Below, one piece after another: positions 12,273 through 24,619 of a stretch of DNA of 64,000 bases. Where the stretch lies: positions 744,001 through 808,000 of the forward strand of contig AP026125.1 in assembly GCA_030295235.1 (NCBI GenBank), written 5' to 3'. The stretch is from Fistulifera solaris (Eukaryota). Within the stretch, counting starts at the first letter, position 1; each line of letters starts with the position of its first letter. Position numbers and translations under genes: made by a program. The notes under the pieces are model-generated. The model saw only the letters and a list, made by a program, of their open reading frames with translations, did not search any database and was not told where the DNA came from.

Positions 12273-12306
12273 CGTAAATGTCGCACAGGCGAATTCACGT
12301 TTTCGA
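12273..12306 (-). promoter_or_regulatory. 34-bp element identical upstream of both TPI paralogs
   Basis: cgtaaatgtcgcacaggcgaattcacgttttcga is the exact reverse complement of 63462-63495; flanks are diverged. Confidence 0.6.
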
Positions 12307-12479
12307 GTAGTGTTTGCGTTACCGGATGAATGATTGCTTTTTCTTCGAGGTGCAATCGTAAAAAAACACACACATTGGAAACAAAAACAGCTGCTGCCTC
12401 AAATCATCGTTTTGATCGCTCAATTGTCGTTTACACTTATCTGCCTTAAAATAAGGAAGATTCTTGTTACGTATCAGTA

Positions 12480-12743
12480 ATGGCCGAGCGTAATTCCTCA
12501 GCGCCACAATCTGCGCCCAAAGAAGACGAAGGCGTGTCGGCCTTGCAGTTCGCCATCATGGCGGTCGTTCTTGGGTCGTCTGCTGGCATGACACTTTACA
12601 CAAAACGAACGGGTTCAATGCTTCAAACTATGAATCAAATAACGCAGAATCAGCTCGCCAAAAATCCGCCCAAGTTCGGACCTCTTACCAAGAAAGAATG
12701 GGAAAAGTTGCGTCCGCGGTTTGAGAAGGATGATTTCTTTTAG
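12480..12743 (+). CDS. Small single-pass membrane protein (87 aa), unknown function
   Basis: ATG-initiated ORF with one hydrophobic helix (LQFAIMAVVLGSSAGMTLY) and a natural-looking C-terminus. Confidence 0.6.
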   Translation: MAERNSSAPQSAPKEDEGVSALQFAIMAVVLGSSAGMTLYTKRTGSMLQTMNQITQNQLAKNPPKFGPLTKKEWEKLRPRFEKDDFF

Positions 12744-13636
12744 TGAGGAAAGGCCCAAAAAGAATCACACGAGCGTCCTGGCAGTAGTTTCCCATTCAGG
12801 AGTTTCCATATTTGTTGCAGAACGCCCTTCATCCCTTCCTATCGCAAAATCATTCCATCTGTTGCTGTTTTATACTCCGGAGTACGCCGTACACCTTAGC
12901 CGATGGGTCATTCTTTTGGGGTCGAACTGTCTTTTATATCGATAACTGACAAATAAAATTACTGGTGATTAGGGGATACGGTCAATAGTTAACTAGTCGC
13001 CTTTTTAAAGCGTTACTGGTACTATTTCATGCCTTCTTGAAAAGAGAGTCGGGCTGGGATCAAGGTATTGTGCCTTTCCGTTCGAATGTTCGTGGAATAC
13101 TTTAAAAGTCAACTTCCTTAGAACAATTGTTGGTGTTTTTAGTTTTGCTAACATTATCTGTGTCGTTTTGCTCTTTTCGCAGTAATTGTTGCGGCGAGAA
13201 CGGATCTCAGATGATGTGCTTCGTTATTACTATGGTCCAAAGTGTATATTACTTTTTTCATGAATGGATGATTCAGTCATGAATCCGTCAAAAGATTTTT
13301 TGACGTTTTTCTTTTTCTCGTCGCCTCTTTGCTGTCACTTCGAAAAGATATTGTCATCTTTCGAGCACAACGTAAGTAATGATACTTGTTCAGTGTAATT
13401 TCTTGACAGCAGGATAGGATCATGATTTACAAGGGCAAGCACGGAGTTGCTTTCGCTGCAATTCTTTTTCTTGTCGTCTTTCGACTTGACGGATCAGCAT
13501 TCACTCGAAACGCGTTTCGCAGGTCGGTCGCTTCGTTTTCTTTCCGAAACAAACAATCATTCTAATCTCACTATCTTCCTCTTATGTCGAAAGACACTCA
13601 AGAAATAGTATTTATCACAATCGATCATCACTACAA

Positions 13637-14656
13637 ATGTCAGCTATCGGATTTATCGGAATCGGCATCATGGGCGAAGGCATGGCGGCGCGTCTCATCA
13701 CCGAAGGGATTGCCGGCTCGGAAGACAAACCTCTCGTCATTTGGAATCGCTCTGCTGAGAAATGCACGGCGCTCGCAGAAAAATTTCCCGACAAGAACGT
13801 TGTCGTCAAAGGAACGGCCCGTGAGGTCGTAGAGGCTTGTGCGGTAACCTACAGTATGCTTTCCACCCCGGAAGCGAGTAAGGCGGTGTTTGAAATGGAA
13901 GGCGATGGAGTGTTGGCGGGTGTGTCGGAGGGGAAATCGATTGTCGATTGTGCTACTTTGGCGGAAGTGGATATGAAACGAATGAATGATGCGGTAGTAG
14001 CAAAGGAGGGTAAGAACTATGTCGTCGTACGACAAAATTAGTTGTGATTTTTAGAAAACACTCACCTTGCTCAATCACCACTGTTCAGTCGTTTCCTAGA
14101 AGCACCCGTATCAGGCTCCAAAGCCCCTGCGGCAACTGGGGCGCTGATCTTCTTATGTGCTGGATCGGAAGATCTCTTTAAAGAAATCGAAAACAACGGG
14201 CTGAACGCGATGGGAAAGGCGAGTCATTACTTTGGAAGCGAGGTTGGAAGGGGTACCCGAGCAAAACTTGTGGTGAACAGTCTCATGGGGACCATGTTGG
14301 CGGCATTTGGTGAAGCGCTGGCCTTGTCAGAATCCGTGGGCCTTGATCCTAACAAGATGATTGAAATCATTGGTCAAGGTGCCATTCAAAGTCCCGTGTA
14401 CGCATTGAAAGGCCCGAAAATGATTGTCAAGGATCATGCACCGAATTTTCCCCTGAAACATGCTCATAAGGATATGGCTTTGGCGTCTGAAATGGCGGCG
14501 AGGGCCAAAGTTGAATTCTCTGTGATGGATCGGGCGGAAGAACTGTTCCGGTCCGCCCGCGAGGACACGGAATTGAACGTTGGTGATGAAGATTTTAGTG
14601 CTATTTTTGAGAAGATTCACAAAGAGAGCGACAGTGAGTTTTCCAAGCAACGTTAA
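13637..14656 (+). CDS. Beta-hydroxyacid dehydrogenase family, glyoxylate/succinic semialdehyde reductase (GLYR)-like
   Basis: IGFIGIGIMG Rossmann motif, WNRS, FLEAPVSGSK, AKLVVN, FPLKHAHKDM; intron ~14010-14088 with an apparent 1-nt indel at the junction. Confidence 0.9.
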
Positions 14657-15391
14657 AGCATGGTGCGATGGCGAGAGTGCGACGATCGACGACCAGTCAC
14701 TGAGAAAAGTGTCCAGCCTCCTATGTTTAGACCAGGAAGCGAATAGTTAAATAGTTAAGGTTTCGCTGTTTCAGTTAGCTTTACACCGTTGCCACCTAGA
14801 TTAGAGCCACAGCGACTGCAATAATGCGGGCATTTTCCAATAGACGGAACGAGAAGATTTTTCGGTTTTCCTCTTTCGAACTCCGGAACATGTTTGATCC
14901 GTTCAATGGCTGGGACCGCTACTTTTTACTATCGCACGTGATGAGAGCGAGCTGAGTGAAGTCTTGGCTTGGGGTTTGCGCGCGTCGATGGGTGTCTCGT
15001 GCCCGTGTCGAAACGATGAAAATGTGACTGTGCGAGCGGGTATCTTTAGCATTTGGCACCGTGGCAGAACATGACATCACGCTCGTGATGACGATTGCAT
15101 TTGGTTTTCCTAAATATGGGTTTCGGTAAGACATTGAAATTGGTGACAAAAATCCATCTCATTGAATACCGCTTCAAGTTTTCCTCCGGAAATTTGAATT
15201 TGTCTCAAAAACTGACAAAAGCGACAAACGGACAAGCAAACACTCCCCCCTCGGAATGCACACCATTCTGTTATTGACTTCATTCATACCTGTCGACTTC
15301 GAGCTGTATTTCAACTTCGACGTTGTTATTCGTGAGAAGATCGAGCCTTTCTTGTTTCTTATACACTCTTTAACGAATAGAATTATTTAGC

Positions 15392-17079
15392 ATGACGATT
15401 AAGACTCTCACGAAGCGTTCTTCGGAGCTTGCTCTGGCCTCAATACGGTAAGTTGGACCTGTCGTCTCTGCTTGGAATGTACGTGCGCGCTCGTGGCAGC
15501 AACTCATGAACTGACCATGAAACATGATTTTCTTCGCCACAGAGAAGAGACCAATATGAATAGAGCATTAACTGTATCTGCTTCCGTCTTGGACGCTTGG
15601 AACTCTCTCCCTTCCGATGTGCGCAGCGCTCTTGTCGCCCTCGAGATGCGACGGAACAAGGAGGAAGACAAGGGCTCCAGTACTGCGTCGTTCACGAGCG
15701 ACACTTCGGAGTCGGATGGTGGCAGTGGGACCGAGAAAACAGACAGATCACTGGAAGTGATTGAGAGGGATGAGGCCCGAGGAACGACGACGGTTCTGAA
15801 GCCTTTAGAGCGCGCCCCAAACAATGTTTTCGAGTTTTCCAAGACCCTGAAACAAGAATCGACGACGGTGGAGAAAACATCGGCTACTTTGGTAACCACA
15901 AAGAAAACTATTATTACACGCACACGTGGCTGGAGGAATGTTTTCTCTTTGCCAATTTCCTACGATGTCGACATTATTCCTTACGGAACCATTCTTGAAC
16001 CGACAAATCCTCAACTACTCGAGGCGACAGGAAGCCACCCAGAGGGGCTACAATCGACGCTTTGCTGTCATTGACGAAGCGATTGCGAGAATCCATGGCG
16101 ATAAAATCGTGGCTTATTTTAAGGCACAGGGCATTGAACTGACCACGTGCATCCTTCCAGGCGGCGAGTCGGATAAACGTCCAGAGGCTGTCGACCGCTT
16201 ATTGGATGAGTTGTGCGCTTACAAACTACGTCGCCGTGAGCCTTTCCTTGCTATTGGAGGAGGAGTTATTCTTGATATTGCAGGAATGGCCGCTTGCCTC
16301 TACCGTCGTGGTGTCCCTTTTGTCCGAGTGCCGACAACACTTCTTGCCATCGTCGACGCCAGCGTGGGAGTGAAAAACGGAGTAGATTATTGCTGCGATC
16401 TTACCAACGATACGTACAAGAATCGAGTGGGCTCTTTCTATGCCCCTTCGTCATGCCTCCTGGACTCGTCGTTCATCCAATCTCAGGATGAAAGAAATAT
16501 TTGCAACGGTTTTGGAGAGATCCTGAAACTAGCCTTGGTTCGTTCCGTTGATTTATTTGAACTTCTTGAGACTCACGGCAAGGCTTTAGTTGATTCTCGC
16601 TTTGCTCCGAACTCATCCGTTCCAGAAGAAGTGGCTACCCGCATAATTGACCTATCTATCCAGATTATGTTGGAAGAGCTTGGACCAAATCTTTGGGAGC
16701 ACAAGCTTGAAAGATGTGTAGACTACGGTCACACATTTAGCAAGCTTCTTGAGATGGTCCCTGGAGCGGATATCATGCACGGTGAAGCTGTGAATGTTGA
16801 TGGTTTCTTTGCTGCGTAATCAGTTTCCTCCGTGGTTACATTCCGCGCGAAACTGTGGATCGAGTTTTTAAATGCATGAAGTCGATTGGTCTACCAACGA
16901 ATTCTGCCGACTTAGATTCGGAACTGGCATGGCAGAGTTGCAAAGATGCCGTCGAGCATCGTCACGGTGAACAAAGAATTCCTCTCATAACCGATATCGG
17001 TGAGAGTATTTGTGTTAGTGACATTACACCTGAAGAGCTAGACCGTGCTCTTGAAGTAATGAAAGAGTTCCCTCATTAG
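15392..17079 (+). CDS. Sedoheptulose-7-phosphate cyclase, 2-epi-5-epi-valiolone synthase (EEVS)-like
   Basis: AIGGGVILDIAG, YRRGVPFVRVPTTLLAIVDASVGVKNGV, KNRVGSFY, MLEELGPNLWE, VDYGHTFS, HGEAVNVD; intron 15448-15542; homopolymer frameshifts at ~16045 and ~16809. Confidence 0.85.
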
Positions 17080-17221
17080 CTAGGGGTACTGTACGAAACC
17101 TAATATGCTGCCATCAAAGCGTATCAGGAAAAGACTTACGTGTGATAGTTATTCGCTACAAATCGGCGCTTAAATACAAAGTTAAAGATTGTGATGTTCT
17201 GTTTAATCCGTCATATTGATC

Positions 17222-20200
17222 TTATTCATCGTCCTCGACGACTCGCCTTTTCTTTTTTGGTTGGTCGCCATCATTATCTTCTCCGTCGCGTTTTTCTGGT
17301 CGAACTAGCTCGTCATCACTATCGCTGTCGTCGCCAAAGAGTTCCCGATTATTATTTGAAGCCCCCTCCTTTGTATTAGAAGCAGTATCGCCTAGGATTT
17401 CGTCATCGCTGTCATTGGCGCTGTTCTCCCTTCCAGCATTCGTTTCTTTAGCTGCGGGCTTCTTCGCATTATCCTGGTCTTCCTCATCGCTGTCGCCAAA
17501 TAACTCTGATTCGGTCGCAACAGCTTTCGCACTAGCCGATGGAGGGGCGTTACTTCCTTCATCGTCGCTATCTCCGAAAAGACCGGCTTTCGTTCTCGTC
17601 GCCCCGCCGCCATTTGTATCAGGTTCATTGCCACTACTTTCACCATCATCCGAGTCGTCGTCAAATAACGCCTGTTTGTTCTGATCATCTTCAACAATGA
17701 AGTCATCAGTCTGATTACGTTTTCGAGCCTTCTTTTCCTTTTCTGACTGTTCAGCGGCTTGTTGTTGTTGCCAGCCTTGTCTAAGTTCCTCCATCTTTTG
17801 CATCTTCGCCGCTGCTTTCATATCGCGCTCTTCTTGGAGCTTCGCTTCTTCGGCTTTCTTGATGGCCAACTTAATCTGCTCCTCTTTCTGAGCTGCTTCA
17901 GCCGCAAGTCGCCGGATTTCACGTTCAGCAGCTTCGTCTTCGGCACGTTTCTTTTCGTCTTCTAAATGAGATTGAGCACTTCCGATATTGGCTTTGCAAT
18001 GCTTCAAGAAATCTTCCAATACCGAGGTCTTGATATTGATCTTCTTTGTGCCCTCTTCTTTTTGCTTCAAAATCCCTTCCACTATTACAAGACTCTCTTC
18101 TAAGCCCTTCAAAGCCTCCTCTACTTCTTCAACAGTTCGGTGAATGTTTCTAATTTGCTTCTGTAAGACGCAGTTAGCGGCCTGCAGCTTTGTCATGCAC
18201 AAGTTATACTGGACTACGACTTCCTTCTTCGGCGCACGTTTCGAAAGAGCAGTAGTCAGGTACTCCATGGCTTGTTTATAGCGTCCGTCGGCTGGTGCAG
18301 CATTTGCATCGTTAGATAATTCGGTGTGTCTCGCCCAGTCGAAGTAGGCGAATGCTATGTAAAGAAGGACGTCAACAAGGTCTTCCACACGACTCTTCGA
18401 AGTTGTTGGCGTCGCAACATCTTCGACTCGTTTCATGTAATTTTGATACATCTGTAAAGCCTCGGGATGTTTCTTCTGTGCCAAATAAATGTGACCTAGA
18501 TTCAAGAGAGCGTCGGCGATGCTATCCTCACTGACTTCGCGTACACGTCCGAAGATCTCTTTGGCTTTAAAGATTTCTCCCTTCTCAGCCAGTACAGTTC
18601 CAAGTCCATTTGCGGCATAAGCATTCAGTGGGTCTTTCGCGAGGATTCGTTTGTAATAATCAGAAGCGTACTGGAGATGCTTTGCATATCGCTGCTCCGA
18701 TACGTGCAGAGTCTCGAAGTAGATATTTCCCATGCTTAAAGCAGCGTATGCTTCTACAGACGGGATTTTCTTTCCCATCAGCCCTTCAAAGACGTCTTGA
18801 GCAGGTTTCCAATCGCACAACGATAAGTGAAGGTTTCCAATCAACGTAAGTACCTCAGAGTTACCAGGAGACGATGCCGCGGCAATCTTTAACCACTCGG
18901 AGCATTCTTTAAGAGAACCACTATCAACAGCAATGCATGCTAGCCGTAAGTAGCTGTTGACATACGCTGGATTTCGTTTTGTGATTGCCTTATGGAGCTC
19001 GATAGCTGCTAATGTTCTTCCTGTTGCTTCATGGAGACGGGCAATATTGAATATAACAGTCGTAGCATTGGGCATATCCAACAAGCGATTCTCGCGCTTG
19101 ACCTTCAAACTCATTCGTTTAGTCTCTGTCAAGTCCACTTTGGCATCATTTTCATCGGTAACTTTGGGGACGTACTCATCTGTTAAATGGAGAAGAATAG
19201 ATCCACTTTCATTATCGACGGACTCCACTTTGGTTTGAAAGTGTTCTGCAAGAAGAATGTGATCGCCTGCGGCGATGACAGATGCATCGGTGGATGCAGG
19301 CATGACGATTTTCACAACATTTTTCTCGTCGCCCTCTACGACTTCAACTTCCATCTCTGGTGACAAGGGCAAGAACTCGAAGAAGAGAGAGTTGTCTAGA
19401 TGGCAAATCTCGCCGCCAAGTATTCCTAAATTTTCCAGTTCCGCTTTGCTGTATTCTCCAGTTTCATCCAAAGACGCCAAAGCTTGCTTGTACATTTTCA
19501 AAGCATCGTCATATTTTCTTGTTTCCTGGCATAGCACGCCCATGTTTGTAAAAAATATGGGAAGGCACTGGAACGCCTTCACGATTCATCAAATCGACAG
19601 CCTTCTGATATTTTTGTAGCGACTTGGGATAAAAAGTCCTGTGTTGCTGCAATGCCATGGCCTCTAGAACAACTAGTTCCGGATTCAATGGATCTAATTC
19701 AATCGCCTGGCGCAAATGCATGAGCCCTTCGTCGAGCTGTTTCCCCAAATGAACTTGCAACAACCCGAGTAAGGCCAATGCATCCGTGGCTTTGCTACTG
19801 GACCGTACAAGCTCCTGCAACTCGTTCGCGGCCTCATTATATTCTTTCCTGACAATGAGCGTTTGCGCCAATCCAAATCGCGCTGGATTCAAGCCGGGGT
19901 ACAAATCGCAAGCCTTTCGGTAAAACTTGTGAGCATTGTCCATGTCCTCACGGGCGTGGTAGACGCGCGCCAAGAAGAACAACGATTCCGCTTGAATTTC
20001 TTTGACTCGCGTGCTCTTATAGGCGCCTTTGGCCAACGCTATCACACGCTCGTAGTCTTTCTTCCACGCTTTAAGGCCGTCCGTGGACTCTTCTTTCCAG
20101 GGCTTGCTCATTGTGAAAATCGATCCTTCCAAATCATCTTCTTCGTCGGCCATTTCCTTCACCGATGCTTCAAAGTTGGTGCCGATGCGGATGGGTTCTC

Positions 20201-21154
20201 CTGGGTCCAGTGGAATCGGCTGTGACGACTTGACAATCGCTGAGCCTTGGGTGACTTGTACGACGCCCGGGAGTGGCGTCCATTTCAAAAGTAATGATTG
20301 GCCAGATGATTCTGAACCATGGCATTGGAATGATCCAACAAGTTTGCCATTGACATGAGTTTGATTGCACGTTCCGTTCGGCTAGCATAATCTTGAGCCG
20401 TTTCGTCAAAAGCGGCCATGTCGAGTACAGCGGAGCCGACCATGGCTTCGACGCAGTCGGGGTCGATTTGCAAAGCCCTTGTAAAAGCCGCTTTGGCTCG
20501 ATCCACCTGTCCCAGTTGGTAACACGTCAAGCCAAACGCCGTCCTCATCGCCGCAGATGCCGTGGGATGATTGGGATATCTTCGAATCGCGGTAGCGTAA
20601 TGATTCTGCGCACCTTCGTAATCTCCTTGCCCGTACAAGACAGCCGCCATCCCCAGCAACGCGGGCAAAACGGGCCCACACTGCTTCAATGTTGTTTGAA
20701 AGAAGAATTTCGCTTGATCCGCTCCACCCTTCCCCCAATTCAGTAATCCACGTCCTATCCATGTCATGGGAAAAAAGGTATCAATTTTTCCGGCTTGTGT
20801 GAAGCGCTGATCCGCTTGCTGCTGTTGAATTTCGTCGGGATTCTCCATCAAATGCGCAATCCCACACGCCGCCAACAAACGCACGCGTTCTTGTTTATCA
20901 TTGGTTTCCAATTCACACGCATCTTCGAGTACCGCTAACGCATCGGCCGCTTGCTTGTTTTGAGAATAAAAGAGTGCCGACGCGGCCCACAGGTCACCCG
21001 ACGCCGCTTCGTCCCGGAGGACTTGTTTGAGTACCGCCGCGGACGTCTGCGCGACTTCGTCGGGGAACATTTCAATGAAGAGTCCACCTTTCGACTGGAT
21101 GGGAATAATCAGAGATTCTTCCTCGGGAAGAGGCAAACCGGATTCGACCGCCAT
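17222..21154 (-). CDS. CTR9: RNA polymerase-associated protein CTR9 (PAF1 complex, TPR repeats)
   Basis: Many TPRs, NHLANHYF, YAALSMGN, NAYAANGLGTVLAEKG, IFGRVRE, acidic C-terminal tail with an NLS; frameshifts at ~20287 and ~19555. Confidence 0.88.
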
Positions 21155-21247
21155 GGTGCTTCGGATTGTGTGACCTTGTTGTGTTGCGACGGATCCAGCG
21201 CGTTGCGAAATAGACGGGCGGCGGATGTGCAAACATCGAAAGAAACT

Positions 21248-22395
21248 CCGGGTGACCCCTCTGTCGATAAATTTCCCTACGGGGGCCTACCGGTACTTAA
21301 AACCGACGTAGACTTTCGAAGCGTTGCGTCTTTCATCTTTATATTGCGTCATGCTTACCAATTGTTGCTGATCGTCGTTATTTGACATTCACCATGCATG
21401 ATGCATAAGGAAAATGAGACATTCTTGCAAAACGGACCCGAAAATGGGTAGGATAAAAATTGCGGCATATCCGGGTTACCCCTCTGTTGATAAATTTCCC
21501 TACGGGGGCCTACGTGACACCTACGTATACTCTCGAAGCGTTGCGTCTTTCATCTTTGTATTGCGTCATTCTTACCAATTATTGCTGATCGTCGTTATTT
21601 GACATTCACCATGCATGTTGGTGAAAGTAAAAGAGACGTTCTTGCAAAATTGACCCGAAAATTGGTAGGATAAAAAAGCTGCATATCCGGGTTGCCCCTC
21701 CGTCGATAAATTTCCTTACGAGCGCCTACGTGAAACCTACGTAGAGTTTCGAAGCGTCGCGTCGTTCATCTTTATATTGCGTCATGCTTACCATTTATTG
21801 CTATCGTCGCTAGTTAGCATGTATTATGCATGTTGGTGAAAGTATAGTAAAAGAGACGTTCTTGCAAAACGGACCCGAAAATGGGTAGGATAAAAATTGC
21901 TGCATATCCGGGTTACCCCTCTGTCGATAAATTTCCCTACGGGGGCCTACGTGACACCTACGTATACTTTCGAAGCGTTGCGTCTTTCATCTTTGTATTG
22001 CGTCATGCTTACCAATTATTGCTATCGTCGTTAATTGACATTTACCATGCATGTTGGTGAAAGTAAATGAGACATTCTTGCAAAACGGACCCGAAAATGG
22101 GTAGGATAAAAATTATGACATATTCGGGTTGCCCCTCTGTCGATAAATAAATTTCCTTACGACTTACGAGCGCTTACGTGAAACCTACGTAGAGTTTCGA
22201 AGCGTCGCGTCTTTCATCTTTATATTGCGTCATGCTTACCAATTATTGCTCATCGTCGTTATTTGACATTCACCATGCATTCGGGATAAGGAAAACGAGA
22301 CATTCTTGCAAAGCGGACCCGAAAATTGGCAGGATAAAAATTGCGGCATATCCGGGTTCCCCCTCTGTCGATAAATTTCCCTACGAGGGCCTAGG
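21248..22395. repeat. Tandem repeat, ~220-bp unit, 5 full copies plus 1 partial
   Basis: ccgggttacccctctgtcgataaatttccctacgggggcctacgtg recurs near 21248, 21471, 21687, 21908, 22125 and 22352. Confidence 0.96.
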
Positions 22396-22590
22396 TGGAA
22401 ATCGCGTAGACGTACGAGGTCAGACCGTCACACCTGTTCGTGGCGTGGTCTTTCACTGCTGATGCGGTCATGCAGAACAACAACGCGATGCCTGAGCCAA
22501 CATTTGCATCATCAAACACTTTTATTATTAAGGAAAACAGGCAACTAATCAACAACAATAAGAGAGAAGCAGCACTACTATTTGAAACGA

Positions 22591-23247
22591 ATGTCGCGTC
22601 GAGCTTTATCCATCACGAAATCAGTCGCTCGTCCAGTAAACCATGTGCGAGCGGGTCTGAATTCGCAATTTCATTCTTTCTCGTCATCCGCTGCCGCAGT
22701 AACACTACCCATCGATCCAGATGGCCCGACAGGTGAATTGTTCTCGCCATCTTACTGGATGGGAGACGTCCAAGTCGGACAAAGAGGACGCATTCAACGC
22801 GTGTTTGGCCCCCGCGACACGGCCCAAGTCATGTTACTGACGGGAGGTCCCTCACTGGCGGGAAATGCCAGCTTCGATCCCAATTACGACCGCGCACAGT
22901 CGTGGATTCGACAACACGCGGTGGGACCCGCGGCGCTCACGCCCGCACTGATACCGGGACTGGTCGGGGCGTTGGTGGAAGCGGCCTTTCCGCGGGCGGT
23001 CGTCATGCAACAAGAATTGCGTCACGTGCGGCCGTTGATTGTGGGTTTGGCCGTGCAAGCGGAAATTGAAGTGGCCGAAATTGTTCCGTCGGATGAAAAC
23101 AGCAATCCATTGATGGAGGGAGAGGAAGGAATGTACGGACCCGGTCATATGGTTCTTCTGAACACGCAAGTGACGCGAGTGCGAGACGATGCTTGCGTGG
23201 CTCACGGGAAACATACCATTTGGATACCCGATTATAATAATATGTAA
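22591..23247 (+). CDS. Hotdog-fold (MaoC/HTD2-like) dehydratase-like protein, probably mitochondrial
   Basis: Arg/Ser-rich presequence; VQVGQRGRIQRVF, AAFPRAVVMQQELRHVRPLIVG and a terminal VAHGKHTIW strand pattern typical of MaoC-like folds. Confidence 0.55.
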   Translation: MSRRALSITKSVARPVNHVRAGLNSQFHSFSSSAAAVTLPIDPDGPTGELFSPSYWMGDVQVGQRGRIQRVFGPRDTAQVMLLTGGPSLAGNASFDPNYDRAQSWIRQHAVGPAALTPALIPGLVGALVEAAFPRAVVMQQELRHVRPLIVGLAVQAEIEVAEIVPSDENSNPLMEGEEGMYGPGHMVLLNTQVTRVRDDACVAHGKHTIWIPDYNNM

Positions 23248-23587
23248 CACTTTAGAAAGAAAGATGATATCACTTGTCTTCAAATGTTTTTTTGTGTTTG
23301 TGTGTTTGCTTTTGCTGCTTGCGTGTCGGAAGCCTTAGAAAATGAGGTGTAAATAGAATTTGTAGAGCATTAAATAAACTTCACCGCCAATGAAAAGACT
23401 TGTAGTCTAGCTAATAAAAAGTACAACGTCAAAAGAAGAAATACGCTTTAATAGAGCCACTACGTTAGAAAACGCGACGTAGATCCTTAAACAAGCGACA
23501 AGAAAAAAGAAGTTTCTATAAAAGACTTTTATTATGATCCTGCCAGAACAATCTCAAGTTGAGAGAGCAATGTAGCCTACTACCATT

Positions 23588-24251
23588 TTAAGACTCTTCC
23601 AGAGGCGGCATATCATCGTCGTCGTCGTCGTCATCATCACCGTCGTCTTCATCATCATCGCCAAAATTGCCGCCTGGCATACCCATATCTCCTGGCATAC
23701 CACCCATTCCACCCATACCGCCCATTTGAGCCATGAGAGCTTCCATATCCATTCCTCCCATACCGCCCATGCCTCCCATTCCGGGCATACCGCCCATACC
23801 CATACCTCCATCCAAGGCCGAAGTGTCAAAACCATCAGCTTCATCGTCTTCATCTACGTAACGATCCCAATCAATCTTGACTTGATTTTTCTCCTTGGTC
23901 TTATCTTTCAGCAAACGCGGCCAGAATTCCTCGTCGGATTCTTTTTTTCATAATGTGCATTTGCACCGAACGTGGTAGCGTCTTGTAGGTCGAGCCTTCG
24001 GCGTTCACGTCTTTGAAAAATTCAATGTCAATGGCGTATTCTTTACCTTCCGACGTTCCCTTGAATGTCAGTGTCGCGTCTTTTAAATTTATGCTTTCGT
24101 CTTTGACGTCTAAAACGAAAATTGTGAGAAAAGATCCGGCAAATATCATTGCTACGAACTTGCGACCAAGATACGTACCCGACAAAGCAATCGTCAAATA
24201 AATCGAGTCGGAGCGTTGTGCCCATTTGATGGGAGCCGTATTAATACTCAT
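23588..24251 (-). CDS. HSP90 co-chaperone p23 (CS domain)
   Basis: APIKWAQRSDSIYLTI, FWPRLLKDK, KIDWDRYVDEDDE, GM-rich and acidic tail; intron ~24111-24177; poly-T frameshift ~23945. Confidence 0.92.
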
Positions 24252-24619
24252 TCTGTGAATCTAAATGTGCATCAAGTCAATGAAGTCAATGGAATAAGGT
24301 GTTACGAGAACGTCTTCGCAACGTTTTAGTGTTTGCCATTTTGCACTCGACGCAAAACGAATGGTGTCGATGGAGAAAGATCTCGTCCTTCCGCTGTGTC
24401 ACATCGTCGGTCCGAAAGCTTTGTCGGTTCGTAATGTGGCTTATTTCGGTCATCTACATTAAGCTGTATACTCGTGTCATGTTATGACGAGCGCTTAAAC
24501 TATAACGAAATGAACCTTCCACGTGTAACTCTAGACTCAAGATTCAAGATACGAAAGCCGGAAACAAAGTCAAATCTATCTCCCTCTCTAGTAACTTGTC
24601 TATGTTTTAAACTCGATCT

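Noticed and set aside
15926..16819. 3-dehydroquinate synthase (aroB) or MAA-pathway DDGS
   Set aside because: MLEELGPNLWE and DYGHTFS fit EEVS better; no plastid presequence and no adjacent O-methyltransferase or ATP-grasp gene.
17222..21154. CTR9 (and CPSF1) as pseudogenes
   Set aside because: Essential genes with otherwise intact long ORFs; the breaks are single-base indels typical of sequencing error.
20951..22462. Short ORFs containing PSVDKFPYGG
   Set aside because: Products of the 220-bp tandem repeat; frames are not preserved between units.
23590..23810. GGM repeat as a separate repeat element
   Set aside because: It is the normal Gly/Met-rich tail of p23.
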